DNA from: Haliotis cracherodii
Taxonomy: Eukaryota
Direction: 5' to 3'
DNA: 64,000 nucleotides
Assembly: GCF_022045235.1 (NCBI RefSeq)
Contig: NW_027266343.1
Coordinates: 29,264,001-29,328,000 of the forward strand
Positions within the stretch are counted from its first letter, which is position 1. The number at the start of each line of letters is the position of its first letter. This document shows, in pieces, positions 1 to 13,920 of the stretch. The position numbers and the translations under genes were made by a program. A model generated the notes under the pieces. That model was not told where the DNA came from and did no database searches. It saw only the letters and a program-made list of their open reading frames with translations.

Positions 1-168
1 CAGCACCATATCTCTGTTTATTTGTATGTTTGTTTTACCAAAGTGGTAAAGATCTAGGCCTGCATCACTTTGAGCTTGCTTCCACAATAAGTTGACATGA
101 CGTGAGATCAAGAAAACTGTTCACAATTCACTAGCTGACCGATCTAGAGATTGATGTTTGTGTTCCAG

Positions 169-275
169 CTCTGTCGAGTGTGAAGGAGGTGGAGGAGGAG
201 GAAGAGGAAGAAGTGACAGTGACAGAGGAGATAATGCTGTATCCAAACACACGCAAGCAGTACACAGCTAAAGAG
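169..275 (+). CDS. Penultimate coding exon of an unidentified gene that begins upstream of the window (acidic: LSSVKEVEEEEEEEVTVTEEIMLYPNTRKQYTAKE)
   Basis: Acceptor tttgtgttccag ends at 168, with a ctgac branch-like site at 135. The frame is open and purine-rich. Donor GAG|gtaggt at 275/276 is phase 0, matching the next exon. Confidence 0.7.
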
Positions 276-849
276 GTAGGTTTCAGGGGGAGGCAGTGTG
301 CTTCTACTCCCACCTTTGCAGATAACACTGCATGGGGGCACACCTTACTGATATTTTTATTCATTTAATATTTTGTATCTGCTTACCAATATAATTATTT
401 GCTCAGATTAATAAAGAATGTTCCTTATATTCATACAGCTTGGACCTAGTAGCATTAGCGTGTATATATAACAGCTTTATGATGAATTAAAAAAAACTCT
501 GAGGTTAAGCCATATTTACCTTCAAGTATTCAATATGAAGTATTTTGTAGTTATAAGTGACATATATCGAATTAGGATATTATAATTTCAAGATAACATG
601 AAAATGATAATAGTCCTTGTTACTTGTTGGTTTGTATCTGGGTCTTCTGTTGTGTTTCTCGGGGTGCGTCCAGCTTCTCTACCCTGATGTAATGTGTTGA
701 CAGTCAACTCCATGTGTCACTTTGTACACACATGCTTCTGGTGTATCGCTGTGTCTGTAATTAGTGGAGCACAAGGGGCCTCGTCACCTGAAGTGCTGAC
801 ATTCACTGTGCAGAGTTGCGTCCCTTAGGTGTGTCAGGAACCTTTGATC

Positions 850-1030
850 AGGGGTTTGAATCCCAGTTTTGTCCTGGTAATGGTTTTGGTTTTGTCAGCA
901 CCATACCCAGGCTGTTGGATTTTCATCAAAACGTTGTAAACGTTTAAGACCTGCATCACTTAGGGCTTACCTCCACAATGAAGTAACACGCCGTGATATA
1001 ACTGAATACTGTTCTAAGTAGCGTTAAACA
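850..1030 (+). mobile_element. Old SINE-like family D fragment (related pieces at ~1-125, ~28635-28810, ~30270-30400 and in the array units)
   Basis: Shared core tttgtcagcaccataccc...gtaaa...aagacctgcatcactt. The copy at 28636 has a tRNA-like head with GGTTCGAATCC. Confidence 0.55.
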
Positions 1031-1529
1031 TGCACTATGTCTGTAGCATTTATCTGTAGACATTATTCAGAGGATTTCTTCAAAGTGTTACGAACAGGAT
1101 TGTCCAAGTATTGACAATCATTTATTAAGATTACCATGTTTGTCAAAGTTAACTGAATGATCACTGGATGCCAAAGGTTAAAGCTCTTATATATTGCAGT
1201 CATATTGAATGCAATTTGTTTTTGAATTGACATCTCTTTTATCATACCATTTCAAAATGTGAACATTAAACGGCATGTTCTTACAATCTTTTCCATTCTT
1301 TTACAATATTCTAACACATTAGCATGTTTTCATGTCTTACAATGGTAATGCTCAATTTGCTAATCATCTAATCATTAACCATCAAAGACCAATAATCACT
1401 GAGCATGTCACACTCTATCTCCAGGCTTCTTATAGCTTTGAGATGTAATCACTTGCAGAAAACATCCCAAAACAGTCATAGCACTCTCGTGGTAAGTTCT
1501 GGTTTAAGTCTACCATTTACCTATAACAG

Positions 1530-1970
1530 GACTCTAACTTTGGAAGCAGCATGGTCAGCTCTGGTAGTCGCTATAGCAACTATAGCTACAGCAGCGGTGG
1601 CAGCGGTTATGGAAGTAACTCTAGCTTACCTGACAAACTCACATCCAGCTACGGCATCTCGGCTAACCTGTATGACAAGAATTCACCAAGTTATGGCAGC
1701 ACCTCGAGTCTTCCGGAGAGAAATCCTTATGATTCCTTCCTCTATGATAACCCTTCCAACATGTACCGGTCGACCTCTAGTCTGTACGAGCGGACTCGGA
1801 GCTATGGTGGTAGTGCTGGGTTGTATGATAAGAAGGATAGACTATACGGAAGTGGGACTGTGTTGTATGATCGGACCAAGGGGACCACTGGAACCATTCC
1901 TCGGTATCGAGCTCGGTCCAATTCTTGGACTCCAAGTGTGGGATACCCAAATTATTCCTGGAAATGCTGA
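1530..1970 (+). CDS. Terminal coding exon of the same gene; Ser/Gly/Tyr-rich low-complexity C-terminus (DSNFGSSMVSSGSRYSNYSY...RYRARSNSWTPSVGYPNYSWKC*)
   Basis: Acceptor ctataacag at 1529 is phase 0 and in frame with ORF 1551-1970. GC content is higher than the flanks. Repeated YGSxSSL/LYD motifs; TGA stop. I do not recognise the family. Confidence 0.75.
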   Translation, partial: DSNFGSSMVSSGSRYSNYSYSSGGSGYGSNSSLPDKLTSSYGISANLYDKNSPSYGSTSSLPERNPYDSFLYDNPSNMYRSTSSLYERTRSYGGSAGLYDKKDRLYGSGTVLYDRTKGTTGTIPRYRARSNSWTPSVGYPNYSWKC

Positions 1971-4900
1971 TTGCATTTTCTGATCCATCGTGTTGTGGAG
2001 ACAGGAAGGAGAGGTCAATATAATTCGCATTGAGGAAGGACTTGTCGAAAATGCTTTGAAGCTTGTCATCTAGGATCAATATTTTCAAGGTTTTCTGTTG
2101 TAACACAGAGACAAATTAAATTTCAATGAACCTTTGGAGGGTCCAGTGTTATTGTGTTGAATTTCAGACACACTCATTATCAGTTAAAACTTCCCTACAT
2201 CAGAATATTTTTTCTGTTTTTTTTAGACACAGTACATTTGCAAAAAGGCCCCCTCAAATCTTCGTCTGAAAAATGCTTGTTACATTCTTTAATCTTACAA
2301 AACATGTGCATTCAGATAAATATCAGACAAGCCTTGCATTAATAAGATTTTTAATTGTTTGTTCAAGGATCTGAGTGTCATATGCTTCTCACTAACTAAG
2401 TAGTTTTGCTCCCAAGCATTTTCTTTAAGTCTTTCCATTGTATTGGCTATTGTGGAGCTCTGTGCCTACTATCGCCCTGGTCTTGTAGCCTGTCCGTCCA
2501 TGCTGCGTGTCCGTCGTCCATGTGCATGTTGAGTGAGATGACAGGCAGTGGTGCATCACGACTTTCAGTTTCATCCCACACTGTAGACGTTACCTCCGAC
2601 TGTTTTACTAATGTTGTAGTTACTAGTCTCTGTGCTAACCAGGGATGGCAAACAGGACACTGGAAACATGTTCTTGAACAAGGGTTCTGTATTGTGCCTG
2701 CTACCTTTATATGCCGTTGATAAGTTTGCAACAAGGACAGGATACAGTGATAGAAACTAACTGTTTTACTCTACTAGACCTTATGATGATAAACCCTTAA
2801 AAATGGCAAATTTCTACTGGTCCTTATGATACCTTAACTATTGGGCAGTTTGGCAGGGACTATAGGACAAGTGCCAATTTCTAACGCTGGTATACAAATT
2901 AATGATACATGCTTTGAGAGGAAAATATCAAAATACTTCCTCATCGGATGCTTAGTAAGAGTTTTGGAAAACTCATTCAAACACTAAAAGAAATAATTGC
3001 TCCAAGCCATATTTCTTTTTCACACTTGTCTCACATTGAAATCCTTTACCATTGGGTATATTTTTTGTTGGATTGGTGGGCGGTAAACCATAAAAATAAT
3101 ATTTCTGCTGTTTTGGGGAGTTTTGTCATCTCTGATTTGTGTTTCACTTTCAATAATATTAATATGCCTTGATGAAAACACCCTTAGACTAGTCCCTTTG
3201 TGTATAGGTAGCTGTGTATTCAGTTATAATTAGTTACTGAAGCTAGCAATTAGTAGACAGCAACGGTAGTGTGATAGTCATGTGACTCACTGAATGGCAG
3301 CCATACGTCCATGTTCATCTCATTCTGTATCACTTCAGTCTTCCTGTTTTATTTCCTCTTCAGTTTGGCCAAATGCTGCTCTGTGTTGTGATATCTTTTT
3401 CAAACTTTCCCTGTTTTTCTGATTTACAGAAATCATTTTTTGAAAGGGTTTCAAATTCGCTCTCTTGTATTTGTTTTGGTGGGGCGCTATATGAGGGTTG
3501 GGTCATTGTATGACAAGGACATCAGTAGATTGCCCGTTGATTGCAATGACGACACATACATGGCACATGTCTATCAGTACGTCTTCATATATTTACCAAC
3601 ATATATGGTATTCGCGTTTCTTGTGGCGGTGAGTATATAAACAAAACATCATTATATCATTTTGTGTGTGATAAGTTTCATTTATTGAATGGCTAGACCA
3701 GTGTAACATGGGATATTTTGAGGTGTGGAGACATACTCACAAAGGGTTCCGCCCCATGTAGCTGTATCGGCAGTTGTAGACATCTGAAATTAAACGGAAA
3801 GTGACACGCCCATGATACAAGTAACATCGATCACGCCATCGATCATGCCTCTAATTATTGAATAAGCCAATTTCAAATACAGTATAGTCCAAAGACAGTA
3901 ATGGCAAATGACATATATTTCCTAGCTTCATTCTGACATTGTGTTTGATGAGAGTTGGTTTGACAAGCACACTGCATGTGTAGTGGAGTTGATAAGCATC
4001 TGCTTGGTGGGGTTCTCAACATTAAACATTTACTTCATAACAAACAATCACTTCTTTCGTTTCTCTTTTGTCTTTTCACCTTTGTAACAGTTTATCTAAT
4101 TTTCAAATTTCAAATAGCACTTTTTGTTGATATTAACAATTCATGCCTCATAAAAGTTTTCAAAAACAAATTGATGTTCGAAGAATATATTTACGATCAG
4201 TATTTTCTCATAGATTATATTTTTGTCTATTTCTATGTGTGTGTGTTAATTGTTTGTGTTTTATTTTCAGCAAAGTAAGATATCTGCATATGGTACTCTT
4301 CCCCGGAACCGCGGTCGTCCGAAGGGCAGCACACGGAAGAGTGTCACCCAACCAGGAATCTTCAAATAGAGCCAGGACAGTGTCCAATAATATCTCAGGA
4401 AGTTTCCACTTTCGTAACCATAGCAACGCATACCTACTGCTGAGATGGAATCCTTGTTGGAACGATGACGATATTATCGCCATTTCTGTTGTCTTTCATG
4501 TTTCTGCACAACAGCGGATGCACTGACCTTCACTTTGACCCAGGGTCAGGGTGAGGCAGTGGATGGTCCATGGACTCAAAATGATGACTCAAACTTTTGG
4601 AATACCCTTTGCTTTCATTCAAGATCTCCATTGAGAATTTACATCATCTTTTAAGGTTGTAAATATATCTTTCATCATATATGCATCAATATTGTTGTAA
4701 CTTATCTCAATTTTAACATAATAGCTTGTGTAACTTACTGCCTTTGAAAGAACTACCAAAACCTTTCCTAACACTCCTACCTAGAAATATTTGTGGTGTG
4801 TCTCTGTTTACAAGACATTTTTCTTGAAGTGTGTAACGTGTGGTATTTGTCACAGCTCTGTGAACTGACCTTTTGACTGATAGTTGAAACCCCACCAGAT

Positions 4901-7900
4901 GACTTTTGACGATTGTGGCATCAGCCATGATTATTTTTGTGATGTTTGCCGATCAGATGTCTTGTTTAGCTTTTGTGAATTATCTACCCTACCTCCCCCC
5001 ACCCCACCCCCCACCCACACACACACACTTGCATTCACAATACAAGGGTGTGGAAATATACAAGAAATTATCCATTTGTCCTAGGTTATGTTATTTGTAA
5101 AGACATACATAAGTTGGTCGTGAGTGTTCAATTGGCTTTCGTTTCACAAATTGGACCTCAAACTTACCAGATTACAAAAATTTGATACCATGGCACACAA
5201 TAACTGAATTCAAAGTAGGTTTCCGTGTTGTATGTTTCCCACAACCCTGTGAAACTTTGAGGATTTACCCTTACCCAGATTTGAATATTCTAATCCTTTG
5301 AAACTTTCATTGAATGTCCTTATTTGATTTTGGAAATTTAAGAAGCAATGTGATAAATTTCTCGCTACACTAATTTGTGGCTGTGTTTTTATCTACATGG
5401 TTGGTAGGAAGTGTTTGTCAATAAGGATATGACAGTTTCTTTCAAAAGATCCAGATGGTTGTTTGTAAGTTGCACAAGTTCACATTGGTATTTTCCCAAG
5501 GTTCTCTTGATAAAAAGACATCTGCAAGATATGGGGCTGTTTGTGTTGTACATCACATATTTTCACAATAATGACACTTTTGACACAAACATCTAAAGTT
5601 CGTTGTAGAAAATGAGATACAAACAGCCTCACTTTTGGTGAAATATTTAATAATGTTGGAGGGAATTTGTAGATATTGACTGAGATTTTTCAGAACCGCG
5701 ACTTTTAACAAATTTCACATTTTCTAGTCTCAGAGTTAGCATGGAAGAAGCAACAAAATTCCGCTTTTCATTTCCTCATCCCAGAAAACATGACCTTTAT
5801 GTCACAGCAGCCTCGGCATCTGCAGGGTACCCCTTCTATACATGCACTAACAAATGTTTAGTTGCATCTCAGTATGTATAACCAGGTTGATCGGGTGAAG
5901 GGTACGCTTTTAACTCTGTCTCACATTGCTGGGCACTAGTCTTGCCTCCCCTCAGAATGGAAGGATGCAAGCTGCAACACAGCACAAGGTTGAGATCGAC
6001 ACTTCACTGATGCAATAGGGGAGACGAGCATCCTCATCAGTCCTCATCAATACTACTTATATCATACCAGCATTTTTTTGATGATCCTAATTAATAGGGA
6101 CTGGGTTATGCAAAATTTTAATTTCCAAAGGATTTCGGCATTAGTGTTTGTGAAGTGTTGATCAGTTGACTAACAATTCAGTCTGCACGACTTTGATAAC
6201 TGAGAGGTTCTCGTATCTATTTGAAATGTGTGATGTGTGTATGTTTAGACTACCTCTGCCAGTAGATAGATTTTCTCCACTAATGGTATGGTACTAGTGT
6301 GGTGTAACAATGTAGACATGAACGAGTGAAGTTTTTGATTTTCTGTAGTGATTTCTGTAGTAATTGGAAACATGGGTCCCACAATCAAACTTATCTGATT
6401 CCTGTCATACAAAATCAATCAAATCTATCACTTGATTTGTTTATCAACCCAAACACACATCTTACTATGGTAACTGTTTTGATTTTGTACCAGCATTAAT
6501 GACTCCATGGCATGTCAATCTGTAAGTGTTGTTATTCAGTCTGTAAATCTTCAAAGTGGTGCCAATATTTTCATTTATTTATTTTCTAGGTCTCAGGCAT
6601 TATCTGTATTTTGTTATCCAAACATTCCACTGAAACTTCCTTGGTTTCATTCACGTACACTTTATTCCGCCGGATTCTGTACATCTCAAGAAAAGTTCAC
6701 ATTTTTGTGTAATTTAAGGAAAATAATTACCTTTGGGTCCATTCAGTCAAATCATGATTTTTATAACATTTCTGTTTGTTTTGTCCCAACCTTGGGGGAA
6801 TTTTGGAGTTTCAATGATCCCCTTAGGTTTTTAATGACTCACACTTTGTCTCGTTTTATGTTGTGTTTTGACAAAAATAGTACTTAAGATAGAGGTAACT
6901 TGCCAAATTCGTTGACAGGCGTTTGATTTGTCAGTTTCATTCTGTAATCTTCAAATTAAATCAAACCACAAGTAGTAAGTAGGATGGACCTGGTCCAGGC
7001 CCTGAAAATAACTACCGGTACTCAACGAATGTTTTTTCTGTGAACAAATTAGATTTAGTTTGTCTTCACATTTTGCCTCTGTCCTATTTTCATTATTTAC
7101 ATTTTTATATAAAACTAACATTTATGAAAAGTATTTGTATCCACTGAGTCTGTGAATCTAAACTTTGTCTGAACCCTTGAATATAAACAATGATCCTGAT
7201 AACCAACCACACAGCTGATATATATATAGAGAGAGAACAGAACATATCATAGAATTTAATCAATGCAATGTGATTTTTAAGTTTTGGTTGGGATGATTTA
7301 ATCAAGAAAGTATGTATTGTTTCCTAAACTTTCGTCTTGCATAGTGTTAGATGCTCAAGCTTTGCATAATAATGAGATACTCAATCAGATCTGAATGAAC
7401 TGTACTGCTGTAAACAGTATCTTACGTTTTATGGAGCAAGGAGGTTGAGGTTGTTGATAATGTTTATATTGTGTACATAGTAGATGCAGCAGGTTGTGAC
7501 GAAGCAGTGTAGTGATTGCGACTACAGGTAGTGCTAGTTACTTGGGAATATATTTGATTTATGAATAATAGTATACTCAAAAAGCATTATCTTGTTTGGA
7601 GGGAGTTATAAGTTTCATTAAGAATGTATGGTATATTAAAGGAAATTTTGAATTTATATTGTATTTCATAATCAGCAATATTGAACTTGAATATTTTACA
7701 GTCCCTGTGACTGCCATAATTAAAGATGGACCATTTATAGATGTAGCATTATTATCACTTTGCTTTTTATTCATGGGAAGGAAAATCTTGATACTGGAAA
7801 ATGGGTATGCATTGTTTTGAATTAAGGATGAAAGTCAAAAGGTCCATCCCTAATATAAAAGTGATTTAGTGTTGTTAGACTCAAACTAGGAGGAAAGAGC

Positions 7901-8675
7901 TAGGGTACATATGTTGTGACAAGAGATGAAGTGATTGTGTGAACAGAATCCAGTAAGTGTGCATGCTTATGGGAAGGGCAATGAGCCATGGTATGTCCTT
8001 GGTGATACATGTATGTGTAGATGAGCTATTTACATTGGTGATATAGTGCTGGTGATACAGATCTTCACAATGTTTCAATTCGCAGTGAAAGGATATGACT
8101 GTTCAAATGGTTTTACATCCATTGTCCATTTGTGAAATCTGCTTGTTATGCACTAATGAATTTGCCTGTTTTAGACTGATATACACAGGTAGATTAACAC
8201 GGCACTTCTGTGGTACAGATTCAGTCTTTTAGAAAACCAAATGTTCAAACAAATGGCAACTTTGAGGACATAGTTGTGGACCAAAACAATTTACTGAATG
8301 TTCAGTCTTGAATTTTTCATAAGCACAATCCAACATTGTGTTTGTGTACCCTGCTACAGAAATATGCTGGAGTAAGATGGAGGATCTTGTCTGGAGTGCC
8401 GTGTTACGCTACGTGGTAGTTTACCGAGCCACTAAACCACGTTACGCTGAGCCCCGATGGGCCAGGTGTGTTGTTCTGACTTGTGCCTCCCTCCCCCCAC
8501 TTCCAGCCCCTCGGCGGTGCTGCTGTTATACATTGGTTAGCTGTTCAGTTATCATGTGATATTGAGGGTGTTCAGGTGTACATAATGTGGTGGAGAGCTA
8601 TATTTTCCCATGACCATGTTTTATAAGGTGCTTGAACAGCCAAAAGTTCAATAAAAAATATGACTTTTTATGCAT
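1971..8675 (+). other. Probable long 3' UTR of the left-hand gene, poly(A) signal AATAAA at 8650-8655
   Basis: A T/GT-rich 6.7-kb stretch in which I recognise no copies of the SINE families that are dense elsewhere. It ends at AATAAA followed by T-rich sequence. Confidence 0.4.
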
Positions 8676-9865
8676 ATTCTTCATTATATTTTTTGCCTGG
8701 AAAGAGACAAACAGCTGATGTGGTGTTCAATCTGCTGCTTGGATCACACTGTCGATCTTTGGCCTGACTGACCCTTGACATCAGCAGACCATATGCAGAA
8801 TCACTTCAGGCTTTCCTCAAGCTGTGATATAACTGGAATACTGTTAAAAGCTGTGTTAAACCCGACTAATGCTGTCAATATAAATATACAAAGACAAGCC
8901 CATCAGTGAACAAGATTGAACATGGAGATTATTGATTTTACAAAACTCGTGAGAATTTGTGTACAACCCTCGGAAAATACAGTAATTCTGACACTTGTTT
9001 GGTAAAATCAGTATGCCACACATGCGAGTGTAATAAATTCTGTATTACCCACTATTTCTTAATCCCTTTCATCTCCCGTTTTAAAAAAAATTGCACTGGT
9101 CAGGGTCGGCATGTTAGAAAACAACACTTGTTGAATGATGTCAACAATCTTCAGCTAGGATGTCGTTTCTTGTGTGACATTTTCCAACCTTACATCACAA
9201 TAAGATCCAAATGACGTCAACAATGCTGTCCAGATTTTTTAAAATTATTTCTTATCCTGTAGGTAATAAAATATCTGGCCCATCAGTAAACATGATCATA
9301 CAATGTCTAACACACCAGTCAGTGTGAACATACAGCAATTGGTCAATATGAACATATAGGTATCAGTCAATAGGAAAAAACAAGAATTCCTGAACATACA
9401 AGCATAAGTCAATATGAACATACAAGCTTAGGTCAAGTGAACATCAATGACTTGACACCAGTTAATATTGTGACCAGGGTTGTGAGAGATTAATTCTGGT
9501 CAAGATTTATAATTTTAAAAAATATTCCCAGAAAATTGTTGAAAAATATAATTATGCTTCAGAATTGAAAAAAAGATTGTCTGCCACAATAATACCTGTT
9601 TTGCAAGGTATTTTTGTTTAAAAAAATATACTGTCTCATAGCTTGTAATTACAAACAGATCTGCTTTAGCAGCTGTAGATGAAATATATGTCATCTCCAG
9701 ACAAAACCCCACCCCCTTCCCCAACATAGCAAATAGTGGGTCCTGAGTACAAATACAAATAGACATGTACTCACTCAGGAGAAACTGGCTAGGGTGCAGA
9801 CAAGAATAATCTAATACTCTTAACATACATACTGCAGTAAGTTTGCTTCACATTATACATAAGAC

Positions 9866-10465
9866 CTGAGAAGTTTAGAATAGATCTTCAGCAACCCATG
9901 CTGGCCGTAAAACTGCTTGTCGTAAGGGACGACTAACGGGATCAGGTGGTCAGGCTCATTGACTTGGTTGATGCATGTCATCGTATCCCAATTGCGTAGA
10001 CCGATGTTTATGTCATGACAGTATTGTCTGGTCCTAGTTAAAACATTTAAATGGCCACAATTATATGACCATATGTATTGACTATTTAGATGAATATTGA
10101 AACTGAAAGACCCTATTACTGATTACACAAATACATACAAATACATACCAACACATACCAACAATGGGTATAATAAATATATTTCTGACCTGTCAGGAGG
10201 ATCTCAGTATTAAACTTCTACACCACACAAAGTAATGACATTGGGAAGACACTGTGGTCAGTCAATTGGTTGTGGAGGCGACTAACGGGATCGGGTGGTC
10301 AGGCTCGCTGACTTGGTTGATGCATGTCATCGAATCCAATTGTGTGGATTGATGCTCATGATATTAATCACTGGATTGTCTGGTCCAGACTTGATTATTT
10401 ACAGACCGCCGTCATATAGCTCGAATACTGCTGAGTGCGGCGTTAAACAACAAACCAACCAACAA
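9866..10465 (+). mobile_element. Two partial copies of SINE-like family B (9866-10015, 10270-10465)
   Basis: Match the family consensus gtcttcagcaacccatgc...ggcgactaacgggatcgggtggtcaggctcgctgacttggttg...gagtgcggcgttaaacaacaaacc. Confidence 0.85.
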
Positions 10466-10699
10466 TCAACCAATGGGTTGTGGCTGCTGTGCTGCTGAAA
10501 TCCTGAATTGATGATAACTCCACACAGAGGTTAGGTTATTATTCTGCTAAAAGCAGCGCTGTAGACAAGGCAGCTAGACAGGTTTATTGAACTTAAAAGT
10601 AACTCTGTGAAAGGGTAATACATGATTTCCATACAATATTTACAAATATGTAAGATCCAGAAAGTTCATACATATATATACAGCGCTACCAGTCATAAT

Positions 10700-11033
10700 G
10701 AGGTGAGGTGAAATGGGGTGTAACGCTGTGTCCAAGATTATTGCACTTATATAGCGACGTGCGTGCATGCGTGCGTGTGGCTGCCTGCACTAGTCCGGAC
10801 TGATGCCAATTAATAGTGCTAGCACACTGAGATACCATGCCGTAGTTTAACATGAATACCCCACTCAGACACAGTCGACTGACTCCGAGCCTACCAATCC
10901 TTGTTTTAGCCCCTTAATGCCGAGCGCCAGACAGGGTAACAACAAGTACCATCTTTTGGTATGACACGGCCGGGGATCGAACTGCGGAACGCTCTCCGGG
11001 CGGACGCTCTACCACTAGACCACAGAGGCGGTC
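10700..11033 (-). mobile_element. tRNA-derived SINE with a Meta-type central domain (family A)
   Basis: Reverse complement of the intact copy at 59227-59578. 11-bp TSD ccagtcataat at 10689-10699 and 11034-11044. (CACCT)n tail. Confidence 0.9.
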
Positions 11034-11072
11034 CCAGTCATAATTGACATACATAGCCTGCCTCCTCTCACT

Positions 11073-11223
11073 ATGATCATACAATATCGGACACAAGTCA
11101 ATATGATCATACACTATCTGTCAGCAGCCAATATGATCGTACAATATGTGTCAGCAGTCAATATGGACATACAAGAGCTGGTACAAGTCAATATGATCAT
11201 ACACTATCGGTCAGCAGCCAATA
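11073..11223. repeat. Degenerate 30-bp tandem repeat (~5 copies, atatgatcatacactatctgtcagcagcca)
   Basis: Direct periodicity. A related degenerate run (gtcaatatgaacatacaag) lies at ~9280-9445. Confidence 0.8.
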
Positions 11224-12419
11224 ATTGGAGGGCCAACACAGCAGTCATATCATCGTCACATATAGAAGGATTGGAGGGCCAACACAGCTGTCATATCATC
11301 GTCACATATAGAAGGATTGCAGGGCCAACACAGCTGTCATATCATCGTCACATATAGAAGGATTGGAGGGCCAACACAGCTGTCATGTCATCGTCATGTA
11401 TAGGAGGATTGGAGGGCCAACAGAGCAGTCATGTCATCGTCATGTATAGGAGGATTGGAGGGCCAACACAGCTGTCATGTCATCGTCATGTATAGAAGGA
11501 TTGGAGGGCCAACACAGCTGTCATGTCATCGTCATGAATAGGAGGATTGGAGGGCCAACACAGCTGTCATGTCATCGTCATGTATAGAAGGATTGGAGGG
11601 CCAACACAGCTGTCATGTCATCGTCATGTATAGAAGGATTGGAGGGCCAACACAGCTGTCATGTCATCGTCACATATAGAAGGATTGCAGGGCCAACACA
11701 GCTGTCATGTCATCATCATGTATAGAAGGATTGGAGGGCCAACACAGCTGTCATGTCATCGTCATGTATAGAAGGATTGGAGGGCCAACACAGCAGTCAT
11801 GTCATCGTCATGTATAGAAGGATTGGAGGGCCAACACAGCTGTCATGTCATCGTCATGTATAGAAGGATTGGAGGGCCAACACAGCTGCCATGTCATCGT
11901 CATGTATAGAAGGATTGGAGGGCCAACACAGCTGTCATGTCATCGTCATGTATAGAAGGATTGCAGGGCCAACACAGCTGTCATGTCATCGTCATGTATA
12001 GAAGGATTGCAGGGCCAACACAGCTGTCATGTCATCGTCATGTATAGAAGGATTGGAGGGCCAACACAGCAGTCATGTCATCGTCATGTATAGAAGGATT
12101 GGAGGGCCAACACAGCAGTCATGTCATCGTCATGTATAGAAGGATTGGAGGGCCAACAGAGCAGTCATGTCATCGTCATGTATAGAAGGATTGCAGGGCC
12201 AACACAGCAGTCATGTCATCGTCATGTATAGAAGGATTGGAGGGCCAACACAGCTGTCATGTCATCGTCATGTATAGAAGGATTGGAGGGCCAACAGAGC
12301 AGTCATGTCATCGTCATGTATAGAAGGATTGGAGGGCCAACACAGCAGTCATGTCATCGTCATGTATAGAAGGATTGGAGGGCCAACACAGCAGTCATAT
12401 CATCGTTGCGTATAGAAGG
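11224..12419. repeat. 46-bp minisatellite, ~26 highly similar copies (gattggagggccaacacagctgtcatgtcatcgtcatgtatagaag)
   Basis: Exact 46-bp period (e.g. gattgg at 11591 and 11637). No unique spacers. Confidence 0.97.
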
Positions 12420-13034
12420 ACAGTGAAGAAGCATAGTGGGTAAAGTGTGTGTTCGTAATGCTGACTTCAGTTCAGATCTCTTGATAGGTACAATGTGAGA
12501 AGCCCATTCTTTGTGTCCTCTTTCATAATACTGCTGAAATATTACTATAAGCAACCTAAAACTATACTCTCTAACTTGTCCGATAGACCCTGGAGCAATC
12601 GTTTTGATTTGATCCAGCCATTAACCTCGAACCTATCCGAGGGTGCATCAAAATATGTTGGTCACCCATGTCTGAAAAAGCATTGAATTGTCTCGCTTTG
12701 CAGCCATAGCTTGATTTACCGCAGTTTAGATCCTTGGTCTGTCAATGCCAAGTCTATGCTCCTGGTCCAGCAGTAGATGGCATTACAAGTCACTGGAGAA
12801 GTGTGACAATCAGGCTTGCCAGGATCCTGTGAACGTGGGTTTAAACCCAAGAGTTGCCCTGCTTATGATCCCTGCTTGTCATCACCATACCAAATAAGGA
12901 CATTGTTTTATAAGAGACTGTCTCCACACAATATGCTGCCATGCAGTGGTATAACCAGGAGACGGAAGAAAGCGAGTTAAACTCAACCTACTCCTTTACC
13001 AGAGAAGTGAAAATATACATACATGCTATTCATG

Positions 13035-13220
13035 AACTAACAGGATCGGGTGGTCAGGCTCGCTGACTTGGTTGATGCATTTCATCGTAACCCAATTGCA
13101 TAGATTGACGCTCATGATGTCAATCACAGGATTGTCTGGTCCAGAATTGATTATTTACAGACCCCGTATAAGCTGTGTCGCGTTACACAACAAACTAACC
13201 AAACCAACAAACAAGCAAAC
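13035..13220 (+). mobile_element. Family B SINE-like fragment
   Basis: aggatcgggtggtcaggctcgctgacttggttgatgc...ggattgtctggtccaga core. Confidence 0.8.
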
Positions 13221-13767
13221 ATATATCATACATATTTCACTGCCAATTGACTACATGTGAATATGTGTGTATAGATAGTATTCCACACATAAATGTACAT
13301 GTTATTTAATTCAGTCTTGACCAGACAAACCAGTGATTGAAAGCATGAGCAAGAGTCCACAGCATGAAGACACACAATCAACCAAGTCACCTGGCATCCC
13401 GTTCATTTAACAACTAGATTGCCCATGAGGTAGTTTCATAACCCTTCTCATCTAACAACTTTAACATGACTTGCCAAAAGATATCCAGAAGGAGAATACA
13501 GGGTGGAAGAATATTTTCAAATTATAGGCAATTGCTATCAATGTTGTTTGTACATATGGGGCAGAGGTTGCCTTGAGGTTAAAGAGTTCGTTCATCATGT
13601 CAAAGGCACATGTTTGATTCCCCACATGGGTACAAAGTATGAAGCCCACTTCTGGTCTCCGTGGAATATTTGCTAAAAATGGCTTAACCAAACTCACTCA
13701 CTTTTTCACCACGGAGGTCGGCACTCATCAAGTGATAGTTATCAAGTATTAAACACAAGTAAGCCAG

Positions 13768-13920
13768 AGTGAGCGACTTTGGTTTTACGCCGCTTTTCGC
13801 AATATTACGGTGGGGGACACCGGAAATGGGCTTCACACATTGTACCAATGTCAGGAATTGAACCGGGGTCCTCGGCGTGACCAGCGAATGCTTTAACCAC
13901 TAGGCTACCCGACCACCCCC
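13768..13920 (-). mobile_element. Short tRNA-derived SINE (family C), minus-strand copy; a more diverged + copy lies at ~13560-13700
   Basis: Reverse complement of 14199-14362. Confidence 0.85.

Noticed and set aside
1405-1983. 192-aa ORF, the longest in the track
   Set aside because: It is an alternative frame overlapping the terminal exon. Splice phase and motif periodicity favour the 1530-1970 frame.
11224-12419. CRISPR-like array
   Set aside because: The units are contiguous near-identical repeats without unique spacers, there are no cas genes, and the context is eukaryotic.
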